From Anthoceros angustus (Eukaryota; Plantae; Anthocerotophyta): a stretch of DNA of 64,000 bases. The stretch is taken from positions 496,001 to 560,000 of the forward strand of contig MU008192.1 in the NCBI GenBank assembly GCA_010909165.1, read 5' to 3'. Position numbers and translations under genes: made by a program. Below, piece after piece: positions 12,222 through 22,867 of this stretch. The notes under the pieces were generated by a model that made no database searches, was not told the DNA's origin, and was given only the letters and a program-made list of their open reading frames with translations. How positions within the stretch are numbered: position 1 is the first letter of the stretch; each line of letters opens with the position of its first letter.

Positions 12222-13676
12222 CTAGAAGAAGAGCAAGCTGGAGAAACACATGACAGATGAAAGCACGAGTCCCGCCCAGTTGATTGTGGCTGTTGCGAAA
12301 GCTGCATTGGTGCCCACCTGTGACTCAGAAGGGCCGCCTGACGGCCCAGCAGCGGAACTGCGGGGTCCTGCAGCAGCAGGACGAGGAGGAGGGGGAGCAG
12401 GGGCCTTCTTAGGAGCCAAGGGAGGAGGAGGGGGGCTCGAGGGAGGAGGGGGAGGAGGTGAAGCGGGTGCAGGGGTAGGGGAGGCCAGTTCTGAAGGTGG
12501 GCTGGCGGTGACAGGCACAGGCGCAGGGGAGGCTGGTGGGGGCAGAGGGGGTGGAATGGGAGCAACTGGCAGGGTGGAAGGGGAGACAGATGGAGCAGCG
12601 ACTGGTGGGGAAAGAGGAGCAGCTGTGTCAGGGCTGGCCGGAGGAGGAGCAGGTGCAGGAGCAGGAGCAAGAAGGAAGGAGGAGACGATCTCCTTGGGTA
12701 CCAGAACCTGGTCGACAGAGAAGATGGAGACAGGGTAGTTCTCGTACACAGCCCGCTCAGCCAGGCGGGCAGAGACTTCGCCAGTTCCGATGAACACCTG
12801 CCCGTTGGTGGAGGAGATGGATATTTCATAATCCGACTGGGAGGAGGAGGTAGCAAAAGTGGTGAGGTAGGTGTTGCTGCTCACCAGATCGAAGTAGGAT
12901 CTTGGATAGTACTCCGTCAGAACATGGTACTTGAGAAGAACAGTTTTTTGGTCGGAGGTCAGCTGCCTAAACTTGTCTGCAGAGAAACTGTTGGCAAACA
13001 CGGTGTCGTTGGGAGCCAGCAGGGAGAGTCCTGAGGGTGCCTTGTTCTGAATCACAGACTCCAGCTGATTGGATTGCAGCAAGTTGATGAGCGTGTTGTA
13101 TGATCCCGCCTTGACGAGCACGTCGGTGACGTTTACAGAAATCTCTGACTGAGCCAACCCGTAAGGAATGAGCACACTTGAGATGTCGAAGACGCTCAGG
13201 TTGTAGGGCATCGCAGCCAGTTGCTTTAGAATCTGTGCCGATTTGGCGCCCTCGTTTCTGTGACTGACGCCAATGCTGCCGTCGTCCTCCAAAGACACGT
13301 CCACGATGCCGGCATCTCCCTGAGCTCTGCCTGTTGTCTGGTACAGCGTGGTGATGGTAGAATTCTTGGCAGAATGGAGCTCGGGGCTGTCGAAGTACTG
13401 TAATAGAACATGGAAACGGAGGATGTCCGCAACCACGCCCGCATCATGTTGCTGCACCACTGGGAGGAGAATCTTGTTGGAGGGAGCCAGCACGGTAATC
13501 GAGGAGCGGGAGTTGATCTCGTACGCTACCCCCGTCTTCAGCAGAAAGTAGTTGAAGACGGAGTAGTCCCCGTAGCTCGACAGCACCGAAGTGATGTTGT
13601 GGGACGACTGCGCCCATGCCGTGGCAGCCGCTGACAAGAAGAGTGCAGCTGCAAACAGCTGCAACTTGAGCCTCAT
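12222..13676 (-). CDS. Fasciclin-like arabinogalactan protein (two FAS1 domains, Pro-rich tail, predicted GPI signal), 484 aa
   Basis: Signal peptide MRLKLQLFAAALFLSAAATAWA; FAS1 motifs ITVLAPSN..ILRFHVLLQY and LSLLAPND..LLKYHVLTEY..IFSVDQVLVPKE; AP/SP/PPPP tail; hydrophobic C-terminus. Confidence 0.92.
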   Translation of the reverse strand: MRLKLQLFAAALFLSAAATAWAQSSHNITSVLSSYGDYSVFNYFLLKTGVAYEINSRSSITVLAPSNKILLPVVQQHDAGVVADILRFHVLLQYFDSPELHSAKNSTITTLYQTTGRAQGDAGIVDVSLEDDGSIGVSHRNEGAKSAQILKQLAAMPYNLSVFDISSVLIPYGLAQSEISVNVTDVLVKAGSYNTLINLLQSNQLESVIQNKAPSGLSLLAPNDTVFANSFSADKFRQLTSDQKTVLLKYHVLTEYYPRSYFDLVSSNTYLTTFATSSSQSDYEISISSTNGQVFIGTGEVSARLAERAVYENYPVSIFSVDQVLVPKEIVSSFLLAPAPAPAPPPASPDTAAPLSPPVAAPSVSPSTLPVAPIPPPLPPPASPAPVPVTASPPSELASPTPAPASPPPPPPSSPPPPPLAPKKAPAPPPPRPAAAGPRSSAAGPSGGPSESQVGTNAAFATATINWAGLVLSSVMCFSSLLFF

Positions 13677-15794
13677 GTTGGCTTGAGACTGGGATCACCC
13701 GCTGCCACACCTGTGTCAAATTGCTGCCGCGCACATCACCATTAGCTCAACTTAGAGACAAATTACACAAGAAGTCGCAAGCAAGCTTCCACACTCCAAC
13801 ACATCAAGGTCGAAAATCGGGCGCCTTTCAACAGGCGTGGGAGGTTAGTAGTAAGGAAAGAACTCAACAGCCGCAATCGAAGCTTGAACGACGAGCAGTT
13901 TGGCCAGATGAAGCAGTCGAGCGCAACAAGAAGAAAGAAAGACTGAGAGTCGTTACGAGTAGCAGCATCAAGATCATGACACTAAAGTTTCATAATCAGT
14001 CCTCCTGATGAAGTGCGAACTCGGCTCACTGGTACAATCAAAGCCTCGAATGAACCGCCCGAATGTTACGCTAGCACAAAGAAAGAGTACCCCTGGAAAG
14101 AAACGGCAACAGCTCCAAGAAGAGAGGTGTGGAGTGCCAGACTTTTTTGCAAAGTATGTCCAGGCCAGTCAAGAACGACAGAGGCGCGTTGCTTCGCAAA
14201 GAACTGCAAAATCTTGAATTCAATTGAGGCAATGCGCATGCAACGCTGCAGCTGCCACAATTGGGCTTGCAGCTAAGAAAACGAGGAGAAGGAGAAGAAA
14301 ACCGAAAGTCGAGCTTGGGGACGAAGAAACACGCAGTTCTTGCCAGCAGAGAGCAAGCTTGAAGCAACCAGCAAAGACTCCTTGTGAAAGCATAGGATCA
14401 AATGGAGCACCAAGATCAATTGGCTTGAGATCAATTTGAATTACCAGAGCAGGCAACGTGAATGGCTGAATCGCAAGGCGCAAGCCGCAACGAGCTCGCG
14501 AGCTTCACTCAGCCGAGAAGACGAGGCTCAGCAGAACAGAGCCCAAGAGAGAGCAAATGAATCATGCTTACGAGCGGCGGGGAAGGTAAGGCGGGAAAAG
14601 ACAACGGTCATGTCGTGGGCGACCGGTCGCCGAGACAGGCGGCCCCATGTCGCGGTTTCTTGAGATTTGCGACGTACGACCAATCAAGCTGCCGATTACA
14701 ATCGTTCATGGAGCGTACAGTGCCTGTTGTAACTTGTATCTTAATTGAATTTGGGAAATGCCTTAGTGGCACGTACCAGGCCTGTTCACACATAAAGCCG
14801 ATTCCCTTGAAGCCTGAGAGACCATGCATGACCATACCCTCCGAATGGCATAGTAGATGGGTTCCAGTGATAACCTCCAACCAGGAAATGTAACTCTGGT
14901 TGGGAAGTTTGTATGTACTTGCTTCACAAGCGCCAGTTGGGCCAAGGAACACACACCGCCTGCCAAGTCCCACGTCCTGGAGGGGAATAGCAGAAGTCTG
15001 TCCGCGATGTGAGCTCTCCGTTGATTGCAAGCAAGTTCAAGGTCGTAAATTGCAGCAGAGATCTGCACTGATTTTGAAGCTGGCAACGTAACGGAAGTGA
15101 CAGCAGGAGGGACCGCACCGTGGCGGACCAAAAGCGGGTGTTACAGATAGGAATGGGAAAAACTGACCTCCCGACTGCAGGCCCATAAAAGAGACTTGCC
15201 AACCTAATGGGTACTTGCATCACTGCCATAAAAACAGCAGTGTAGGTAGCTTCTATCCGACTAGTGCTGCAAAGAAGCTACTTCCTTCACTGGTCCGACC
15301 TGTAAACAACCCAGCAAGGGGCATTTTGGGTGTCAACATACATGCTCTAACTCATTCGATGCTTTACCACAGACATGCAGGTGCCTGGTCTAGAATCTAC
15401 ACGGGTTTTCAGAGGATGGTTTGCTCAGAGCACACTGCTGAGCCACTAAGTCAGCAGCAGGACAAACTGGGGTTGTTCCTAAAATAAATAGGTCAAGCAA
15501 AATGTAATGAAGCTCAACACTAGCATGGCCGAAAGTGGATGCAGATTGAGACCTGCAACAGGAGCAGAGCTGATGAATTGCTCTCATCTGAACTGCTAAA
15601 TGCCCTGACATTCAGGTTAGTGATGAAATAGAACCGTCTAGAGGGTGAAAATGTACTACCCTACGGGGAGCTTGATGGGCATGCTGTCTAAGGAGGTGAT
15701 GCCATGAGACAAAAGTTTCGTCACAAACCATCTTCACCACTGCTCGGAACGATGTACACTATGATCAACCGACATCTCCTGCTGGCTGTCCAGG

Positions 15795-18700
15795 TCACAG
15801 CAGCTCCCCATATCGCTTTAACTTCCTCTCTGCTGCCCGTGCAGCAGCCCGCTCAGGAATGTATACCTTGTAGCTTACCTGCACCAGCAAACGATGAGGG
15901 GAGTCTCATATCGCTACAGCATTGCCACCACAGACAAATTAAATTCTCGTTCAAGGGAGCGTTTATCACCAACCTCGACATTTTCTCCACCACGCAGAAC
16001 TGACATGGTTTTCTGCTTGAACTTGGTAGCCTCATTGACTTCCCGGTCTAATTTGCCTGTATCGACCACTTCTGTCAAAGAGCCTGCGGCGGATACAGTC
16101 GCGGTCTGGACATCAGACGTTTGAGAACCGTCTTTTTTCAACTTCGCGTTATCTCTGCGCTGAGACGGATGGACACCATTCCTCGTGACTGTGGTGACCC
16201 CAGAAATTCTTTGAGTGCGGTCACCACTTTTGAAGGTGTCCAAAGGATGCCCACCAGAAGACGATGCAGCTTTGGAGAGCTGGCTCTGCAGTTCATCAAC
16301 CTGAGTAAGAATCAACGCGTCCGACGTATGTGCGGTAAGTGGATCTGGGATACGGGTGCACTCCCTGTTGCTCACTGAAAGTAATCCAGCTCCACTAGAT
16401 TCAGATGTTTGATTGCTAGCAGCCAATAACGAACCAGGGAGGACTTTGGCAACAGTAGAACTACTGCCAAGGGGTGCACCAGCAGACACAGATTCAGTGT
16501 TTCCCTCCGGAGGCTGGCCATGACTTAAGTTGTCAACTTCTGCATTGTTCGAACTCCCAATACTTCCTTTCACATGCCTTTCAAGGGGTGACCTACCTAC
16601 GTGCCCATAACCCACAGCAGGGGCCACAGCTTCCAAGTGCTTTGAAACCAAAGTGCTGTTGGATGGCATCGACTGTTGTGCAAATGACATTTCTGTCGTT
16701 GGAGTGCTAGGCCTGGCTTCAGTATCCTCAATTCTGCCGCTGAAGGTAGGAAGGCTAACAGAGGGAAGATCAAAATCTCTTCTAAGTTTCCTCCTTTCCT
16801 CACATCTTGACTGCCCCAGGGGGCTGCCTGACTCTGTAGCTGATAATGATCCACCAGACGGCAGTAGATTCTCTGGGATTTCAGCACCATTAGGAGCTGA
16901 GTCTGAGCTTCTGCACCCACCTTGATCCTGCCCGTTCGTATTGTCACAGGTAAGAGCACTTGACCCACTCATACTACTAAGAGCTGTACCATCTCCACCC
17001 ATCCTGCTGGGAAGCATAACAGGGATAGCATCCAATCCTTCACCTTTGAGTTTACCAGCCGATCTTGAATGTGTGGATGCTGCTGAGATAGCCGATTTCA
17101 CAGATGGTTTCTCTTTCCAGCCGCAAAGACTAACCCCAGCAGACTTAACATGAGACTCAGGAGCACTGCGACCCTCTTTGTGCTTGGTGCCCACAGGAAC
17201 TGGCATGCGCTGCGGATCTTTTGAGGCCTCTGACATTATCTGAAAGCCACTCTTGGAAAGATTCTCATATTCAGGTCCACTACCAGAAGACACTATCCGA
17301 GCATTAGTTGGGTCAATACAGAAAGAGGTTTGCACTGCCTTCGAGTTAGGTGCTTCTGGCTGATGTCTGTCAAAACCAGAAGAATCATGAGCAACATCTT
17401 TGCTGTGCAGAACTTCAATAACTTCTCCAGATTGTACTCCCTTGGCTCTAGCCCTCCTACCACTCTCTCGATGTCTCATCAAATTTGCTAAAGCTTGCTT
17501 CCGCAATCTGCTCTCTTCACTCTCAAACTCCTCTTGCTGTCCTGCATCTACAACTTTGGATGACTCAGGGGCTGCAGTGGATAGTAGGAATTGCCAATCC
17601 CTCGTGACCAACTCCTTTTCCATGCAGGAAACACCTCGGCCATTCACCTCTACAGCATCCATGAATTTATCATCACTAAGGATCAAACTGCTAACATCGC
17701 AAGACTGTTTCTCAGACTTTTCTGTCTGCCGAGGGCCTTTTCCTTTCCTCTGTGATGTCCCTTCAAGATTCTCCCTCTTCCTGTCTGATCTATGACTGCT
17801 CCTGCTCCTACTCCTCCTACAACTACCACTGCTTGGACTTGCACTCCTCCTACTCCTATATTCACATCTACCCCTTCTCTTAGTTGTTGCATCAACCTCT
17901 GAAGCAAGATGTTTACTTCTCTCCTGACTGCTCTTCTTCAACAACTTTAACATGGGCTCCTCCTCCTGTAACATATCCTGCTTGGCTAGAGACGACCTCT
18001 TCCTCTTCTTTTCCAGAATCTTGTACTTAGGTGGACTCCTACTCTGCCTGTCTGAACTTCGATGCCTCCGACTACGTTTCTTCCTCTCCCTGGATTTGGA
18101 CACAGGGCTTTGGCTGCAAGACCCCCATACCCCACGCTTTGAATACTTTGTCCTTGCTTTCCTTCTTCTACATCTTGATCTGTGCACGTCACCACTAGCA
18201 TCACCTTCCTCGTCAGAAGAATCAGTAATCAGAGCTGTGCTGACTCCATCTCGGGGGAGATCATCTGGCTTCACGTTGTGCCTTGCTATCAACTCCTTTG
18301 TCTTGGTCTCTTTGTCATCAGGGAGTTTGTCACGACTTGGGAGCTCATGGTCACAACATTCATCCAGGTTCTGTGCCTTCATGGCATTCACTGCAGTTTC
18401 AAGTTGCTGCTCATTCCCAGACGCCTGCTGGTGCTTGACCACGTCATCAAAAGCAGGAATGTCTAATCCAGAAGAAAGAAATCTCTCAATTTCCTCAACA
18501 AACTTCACAGAATTCTCAAACAAGAAAGGCTGAACTGCAGTTGACAAAGCCACGCGCCAATCAGCCTCTATAGCTTTGAACTCCTTTAACTTCTTCCCAC
18601 TCTTTGTCCTGAACCAGACAACATTCAAGGAGTAATGAGAAAACATATCACTCAAATTAAAGCTGCAACACGCGTTTTGCCACTCTCCCACTCATCTTTC

Positions 18701-19748
18701 ATTCCAGCAACAGTTTCCAGAGCGTACCTGCTACCGTATGACTCAAGTATACCCAAGACATGGTGAGTCAAAATATTCACGTCTTCTTCCTGAAGCCCAC
18801 ATCACAACATCCAAAACCCGGGTTAAGCCCATCCTTCAAGGCCGTAACAAATAATTCTTGAATTTCCGATAAGGCTACCTCCATGAGGGCTTGAAGCTCA
18901 CGTTGAACCCAGCACCGCAGCCACCTGTTACGATTAACGAGTGCTATCACATCCACAGCAGACGTACTTTTAGCCTTACTAGGCATCAGCACTGGTGCTG
19001 AAACTTGCTGTTTGTGACCTGCAGGTTCATGCAAACCACACATTGTAGAACTTCAAACATGACAAGCGGAGAACATTTCAACCAACACATGGTGATGCAT
19101 CCAAGTGAGGGTGGCACGGACTGCATATTCAATCACCCTGCTGTGAAGAGTAAACGGCTTGACGGCGCAAATGTGCCTCTGACATAGAGAACCTGCGAAC
19201 ACCAGCCATCTAGTAAAACAAGGCAGCATGCAACGGACAGTAGCACAAAGAGCCCACGGCAACAGCAACTCTCAAGGAAGTATTCACACCAGCTACCTGT
19301 CTGGAGATGAAACGATGTAGTGCCGTTGGAATCTTTTCCCATGTAAATTATGAATGATTGACGTGTAACGGTTCTGACAATCAGGAAAATTACAGGTGAG
19401 CAATCCTGGATACTACTTTGCTTTAAAGAGACAAACAGGAAGGAAGCACGATACCACAAGCCCAAGCCCCGGGGACACACCGTGCACAGGGGGCACTCCA
19501 GCCATTGGACAGGGCCATCCCCAGAGCGAGCCGCCGCCGCCGTCTCCGCCCATTGCAGAATGCAGTGGTAGCAAAACTTATCTGACACCAAGCGCCACTG
19601 TTAACATTGTTCTGCTACCTCAACAACACACAACTGCCAAGCAAGGAGAGAGACGAAGACACGTACGAAAGCAATGATCCAAGAACGCTTCGTTTTCGGG
19701 GGCAAAGGGATCCAAGCAGATGGAACATCTCTGACTGACGTCGTCCAT
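15795..19748 (-). CDS. C3HC4 RING E3 ligase, TOPORS-like, with long Arg/Ser/Lys-rich region; 8 exons, 1078 aa
   Basis: Hand-spliced exons 19748-19667, 19581-19481, 19373-19297, 19192-19137, 19018-18879, 18789-18728, 18608-15974, 15878-15795 (3237 nt, GT-AG, in frame). RING: CSIC..CFHKFCYHCILQW..CPLC. Then WLRCWVQRELQALME|EEDVNILTHHVLG and PFLFENSVKFVEEIERFLSSGLDIPAFD. Ends KTMSVLRGGENVE|VSYKVYIPERAAARAAERKLKRYGELL*. Confidence 0.87.
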
Positions 19749-19920
19749 ATCCTTCCACTCCCTCAAGGTGACAGCTTATATCCGAACTTCACGACCAAAA
19801 ATTAAGATCCTGCCGCTGTTCCAGCTCCCCTCCCAATCCTCAGCAGCATTCACTCCGTTTCTCGGTCCAGCAAATGCGACTCATGGAATACATCCGAACC
19901 AGGGGCATCGGACCATGACC

Positions 19921-19928
19921 TAGGGTTT
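19921..19928 (-). promoter_or_regulatory. Possible telo-box (AAACCCTA) upstream of the RING gene
   Basis: Exact AAACCCTA on the minus strand ~175 nt upstream of the ATG at 19748. An 8-mer match alone is weak. Confidence 0.3.
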
Positions 19929-20459
19929 CCAAAAATCACCACCTGTGGCAGGAGCTTCACAGCGTCACTAAGCAACACCAGCACAAGGTGAAGTGGGTGC
20001 GTCAAATTCGTACGACCCGGATAGCACAAGCCCAGACATTGCCTGCTGAACTGCGGGACATATCGTGCTACAATCAACGCCTTCACTCCCTCCTCCACTT
20101 CGCCTCGAAACCTCTCAAAATCACACGTCGCACAAACGACGGACCAATCAACCAGTGTTCAACCTTTCGTAGCAGCCGGTCATAGAGAATAAATTACCAA
20201 CATATCTAAAATTCAAATCAAGTTACACATATTTAAGATCTATGGTTAGGTATATACAGATATAAATAATCATACAGGTATATAAGAGCTATAAAAATAC
20301 ATATTTAAAAAATATTTATTTTCTATTTCAGATCATCTTTTCTATCTCTAACAATTATCACATATATATCAAATATTATTTAAATATGCTAGTTTTTGCA
20401 TGGCAAATATTGTGATTAGATCTCACTAAATTTATCCTTGATGGGGAGCTCTCCCTCAT

Positions 20460-20605
20460 CTCTCATGTATTCTTGTTGACTCTTGTTGGAATAATGAAGT
20501 TATTGCCGCTGCCGTCTTCTCTCTACTCTGCTTGGCTCTTCAGGATCGGCCATCTTCAGCTAGCGTCCTAACTAAAAGATGCTTCAACCTTGAGCTTTGA
20601 TACCA
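20460..20605 (-). mobile_element. LTR-retrotransposon 5' remnant (tRNA-Met PBS-like plus short gag-like start)
   Basis: TGGTATCAAAGC on the minus strand at 20605-20594 (one mismatch to the tRNAiMet PBS), followed by a broken MADPEEPSRVE.. reading. No matching LTR found. Confidence 0.35.
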
Positions 20606-20614
20606 CAAGTAACA

Positions 20615-21664
20615 CCCCCTTCCAGCGAGGTGGGACAATCATGCGAAGAAAGACAAGGCTCCTATGATGGAGACTATAGTGGATGAGCCTCAAATAGAAC
20701 CACTAATTCTTGGAATGGCAGAGGCAGATACCTCTGAGCCAAAGACTGTCACCATGCCACAAGAGGAGCTTTAAAATCTTTTGAGGAGAACGGAAGCTCT
20801 AGAGCAACAACCGAAAGGAAAAAGAAAGCTCGACGAAGCAGAGAAGGATGATGAATAGGACGAATTGGAGCGTGGCCCAGAGAAGAGTAGAGCGAGGAGA
20901 CCCAAGAAGTTCAGGTTAAGCGTTTAGCCCCCAGATAGCTATAAGGGTGTACAAGATGTGGAGAAAATTATGATGGCAGGGAACATGGTTGATCGGAGGC
21001 TCTGAATTAAGAGGGCGGCGTTCGGCCAGACCCTTGGCAAGACCTTTTCCTTGTGGAAGGTTGAATAGTCTGGCTGCTGTGTGCCTTTGCTTGGTGGCAT
21101 CTTGCAAGGTAACTAATGCTGGAGGTTCATCGGGAGGTGACCCTTGGGAACCAACGAATCCAAGAGAACTCACATTAGGAGCAAACACAAGGCTGCTGGC
21201 CCAAGCAAAATACCCATCGGGCGGTCACTCCATGCAGTTGTGCCGTAAGAGCGACTTGCGAGTTGATGTATGTTGAGGGTAGAGGTAGCTGGTGATTGAG
21301 GAAGAAAATTGTGAGTTTGAGCTGTTGCCATATTGTCGTTGTAGTGATTCTGACGTAGCAATCAGAGGAGACGGGAGGGCGCAATGGGACCGTGGACCGG
21401 TCAATCTCAAAACCCACCTTTGAGAAGTGAATCGTGAGAGGAGTGTGAGAGATGAAAGTGTGAAAGTGAGAGGAGGTAACACCTTAGGCGAGACTGTTTA
21501 AACGAGTCCCTTGGGATCGAACCTACGTATTCAACGACCGTGCGATAAGTGTGGCCACCGAGGCTAGCTTTGGATGACCGGGGCGAAATGTTAGGGTTAG
21601 TACTTAAACCCTAGTTAGTTAACCTCACCTGGGTTAAGTTAGCCATACCTTTAGGGTTAGTTAC
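20615..21664 (+). mobile_element. Degenerate LTR-retroelement remnant (gag-like fragment, LTR-like end ..GTTACA)
   Basis: Stop-riddled frame with PDSYKGVQDVEKI, weakly like the retrotransposon gag P.F.G region. TTAG-rich tract ends in CA at 21664, abutting the copia LTR fragment. Confidence 0.35.
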
Positions 21665-21983
21665 AACACTTTATAGGACACACAATTTTGTGTATTATTA
21701 ATTCCATTGTTGCTCTTGCATATGTTTTTCCTATGCTCAACACATCGTGTCATGGTATCAGAGCCACGCTCTGAATCTTCCGCTGCACTATTACTATAGC
21801 TATAACACGTAGCTAAGATCATGTTGAGCATGGCAAGCGAAACAGATTTTTCAGCAAATCAGAACATTCATCTCTGATAGATGTCGAGTTCTCCTGACAC
21901 CTCTGTCTCGCCTGCCTGCACACAACATGTCAAACTCTGATAGCTAAGAATGCTAGATGAGCCCTAGCTACCTGCCCTGAAAA

Positions 21984-22439
21984 ATGCCTCGGAGGAATGG
22001 GAGGCGTTTTGGCCAGCCTCCCTTTCACGTTCCTCCAAGGGTTCTTTCTAAGCAGGAGAACCTCTTCCATGAACTCTGGATTGCAGAAAGAGACAGGTTC
22101 TGTGCCAACATGCGGTCTTCCCCGAACAGCTTCTAGAGTCGAGTTGAAGCCTACCAACAGCGATTCTCCCCATCTTCTCACCCGAACAGGACAGCTAGAA
22201 ACTTTGTGTTAGGAAGAGAAGACGAAGACGAAGAGGAGGGTCCTTCTCCTGCAAGAGGAGGACAAAGGATTGTATCGGATTCCTTTATTGCTGAACGACT
22301 CTTCCTTCGCCTGGAGATTGTGGAATCACTGCTGGCTCGTTTCATCACAGACACGCAACCTTCTCTAGTGGAAATCTCCTCTGACATTGAGACAGTTCGC
22401 AGTGAAGTGCTCAACATTCGAATGGAATTGTCTTCTTAA
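21984..22439 (+). pseudogene. Extra ORF (152 codons, one internal TAG) in the copia 5' leader, unknown function
   Basis: ATG at 21984; a single in-frame TAG at 22134-22136; continues into the track ORF 22206-22439, which has an acidic tract and an amphipathic or coiled C-terminus. Confidence 0.45.
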
Positions 22440-22867
22440 CAATCGATATGCGCACTTAACCTCGAATCTGACTGCTATGGGGGCTGCCTTGATTCCTCTC
22501 TTACAGGAATGCCTTGGTCTTTGGGCCATAGTGAGACCAGTGCGGTCACAGGCGACAAGGGCCGCCCGGTTTGCTGGCTTCATTCCGACCTTCAATCGGC
22601 CCTGATCAAGGTGCACATTGGGGAGGTATCGGGTCGCTGCATGCTCTGGTTATCGATTCTTGGCGAACCTCTCAAGTCTCACTGCACATTAGGTTTAAGA
22701 CACCTGTTAGATTGATGTCACATGATTTTTCAAGTTTTTATGGCGTCTAACTACTTGTTCGTTTAAGTTGCTCGTGCCTTTTCATGTAGAACGTTACAAC
22801 GTTACGTTACCTCCCATGTCGAACAAGTGCCATTTCACTTATGCACACATATATCTTACAATAGGTT

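Noticed and set aside
21580-21664. Telomere-like TTAGGG/CCCTA tract as an interstitial telomere
   Set aside because: Only scattered, imperfect units within an LTR-like end; not a tandem array.
21753-21764. tRNA gene
   Set aside because: Only the 12-nt primer-binding site complementary to tRNA-Met; no cloverleaf. No tRNA or rRNA gene was recognised anywhere in the window.
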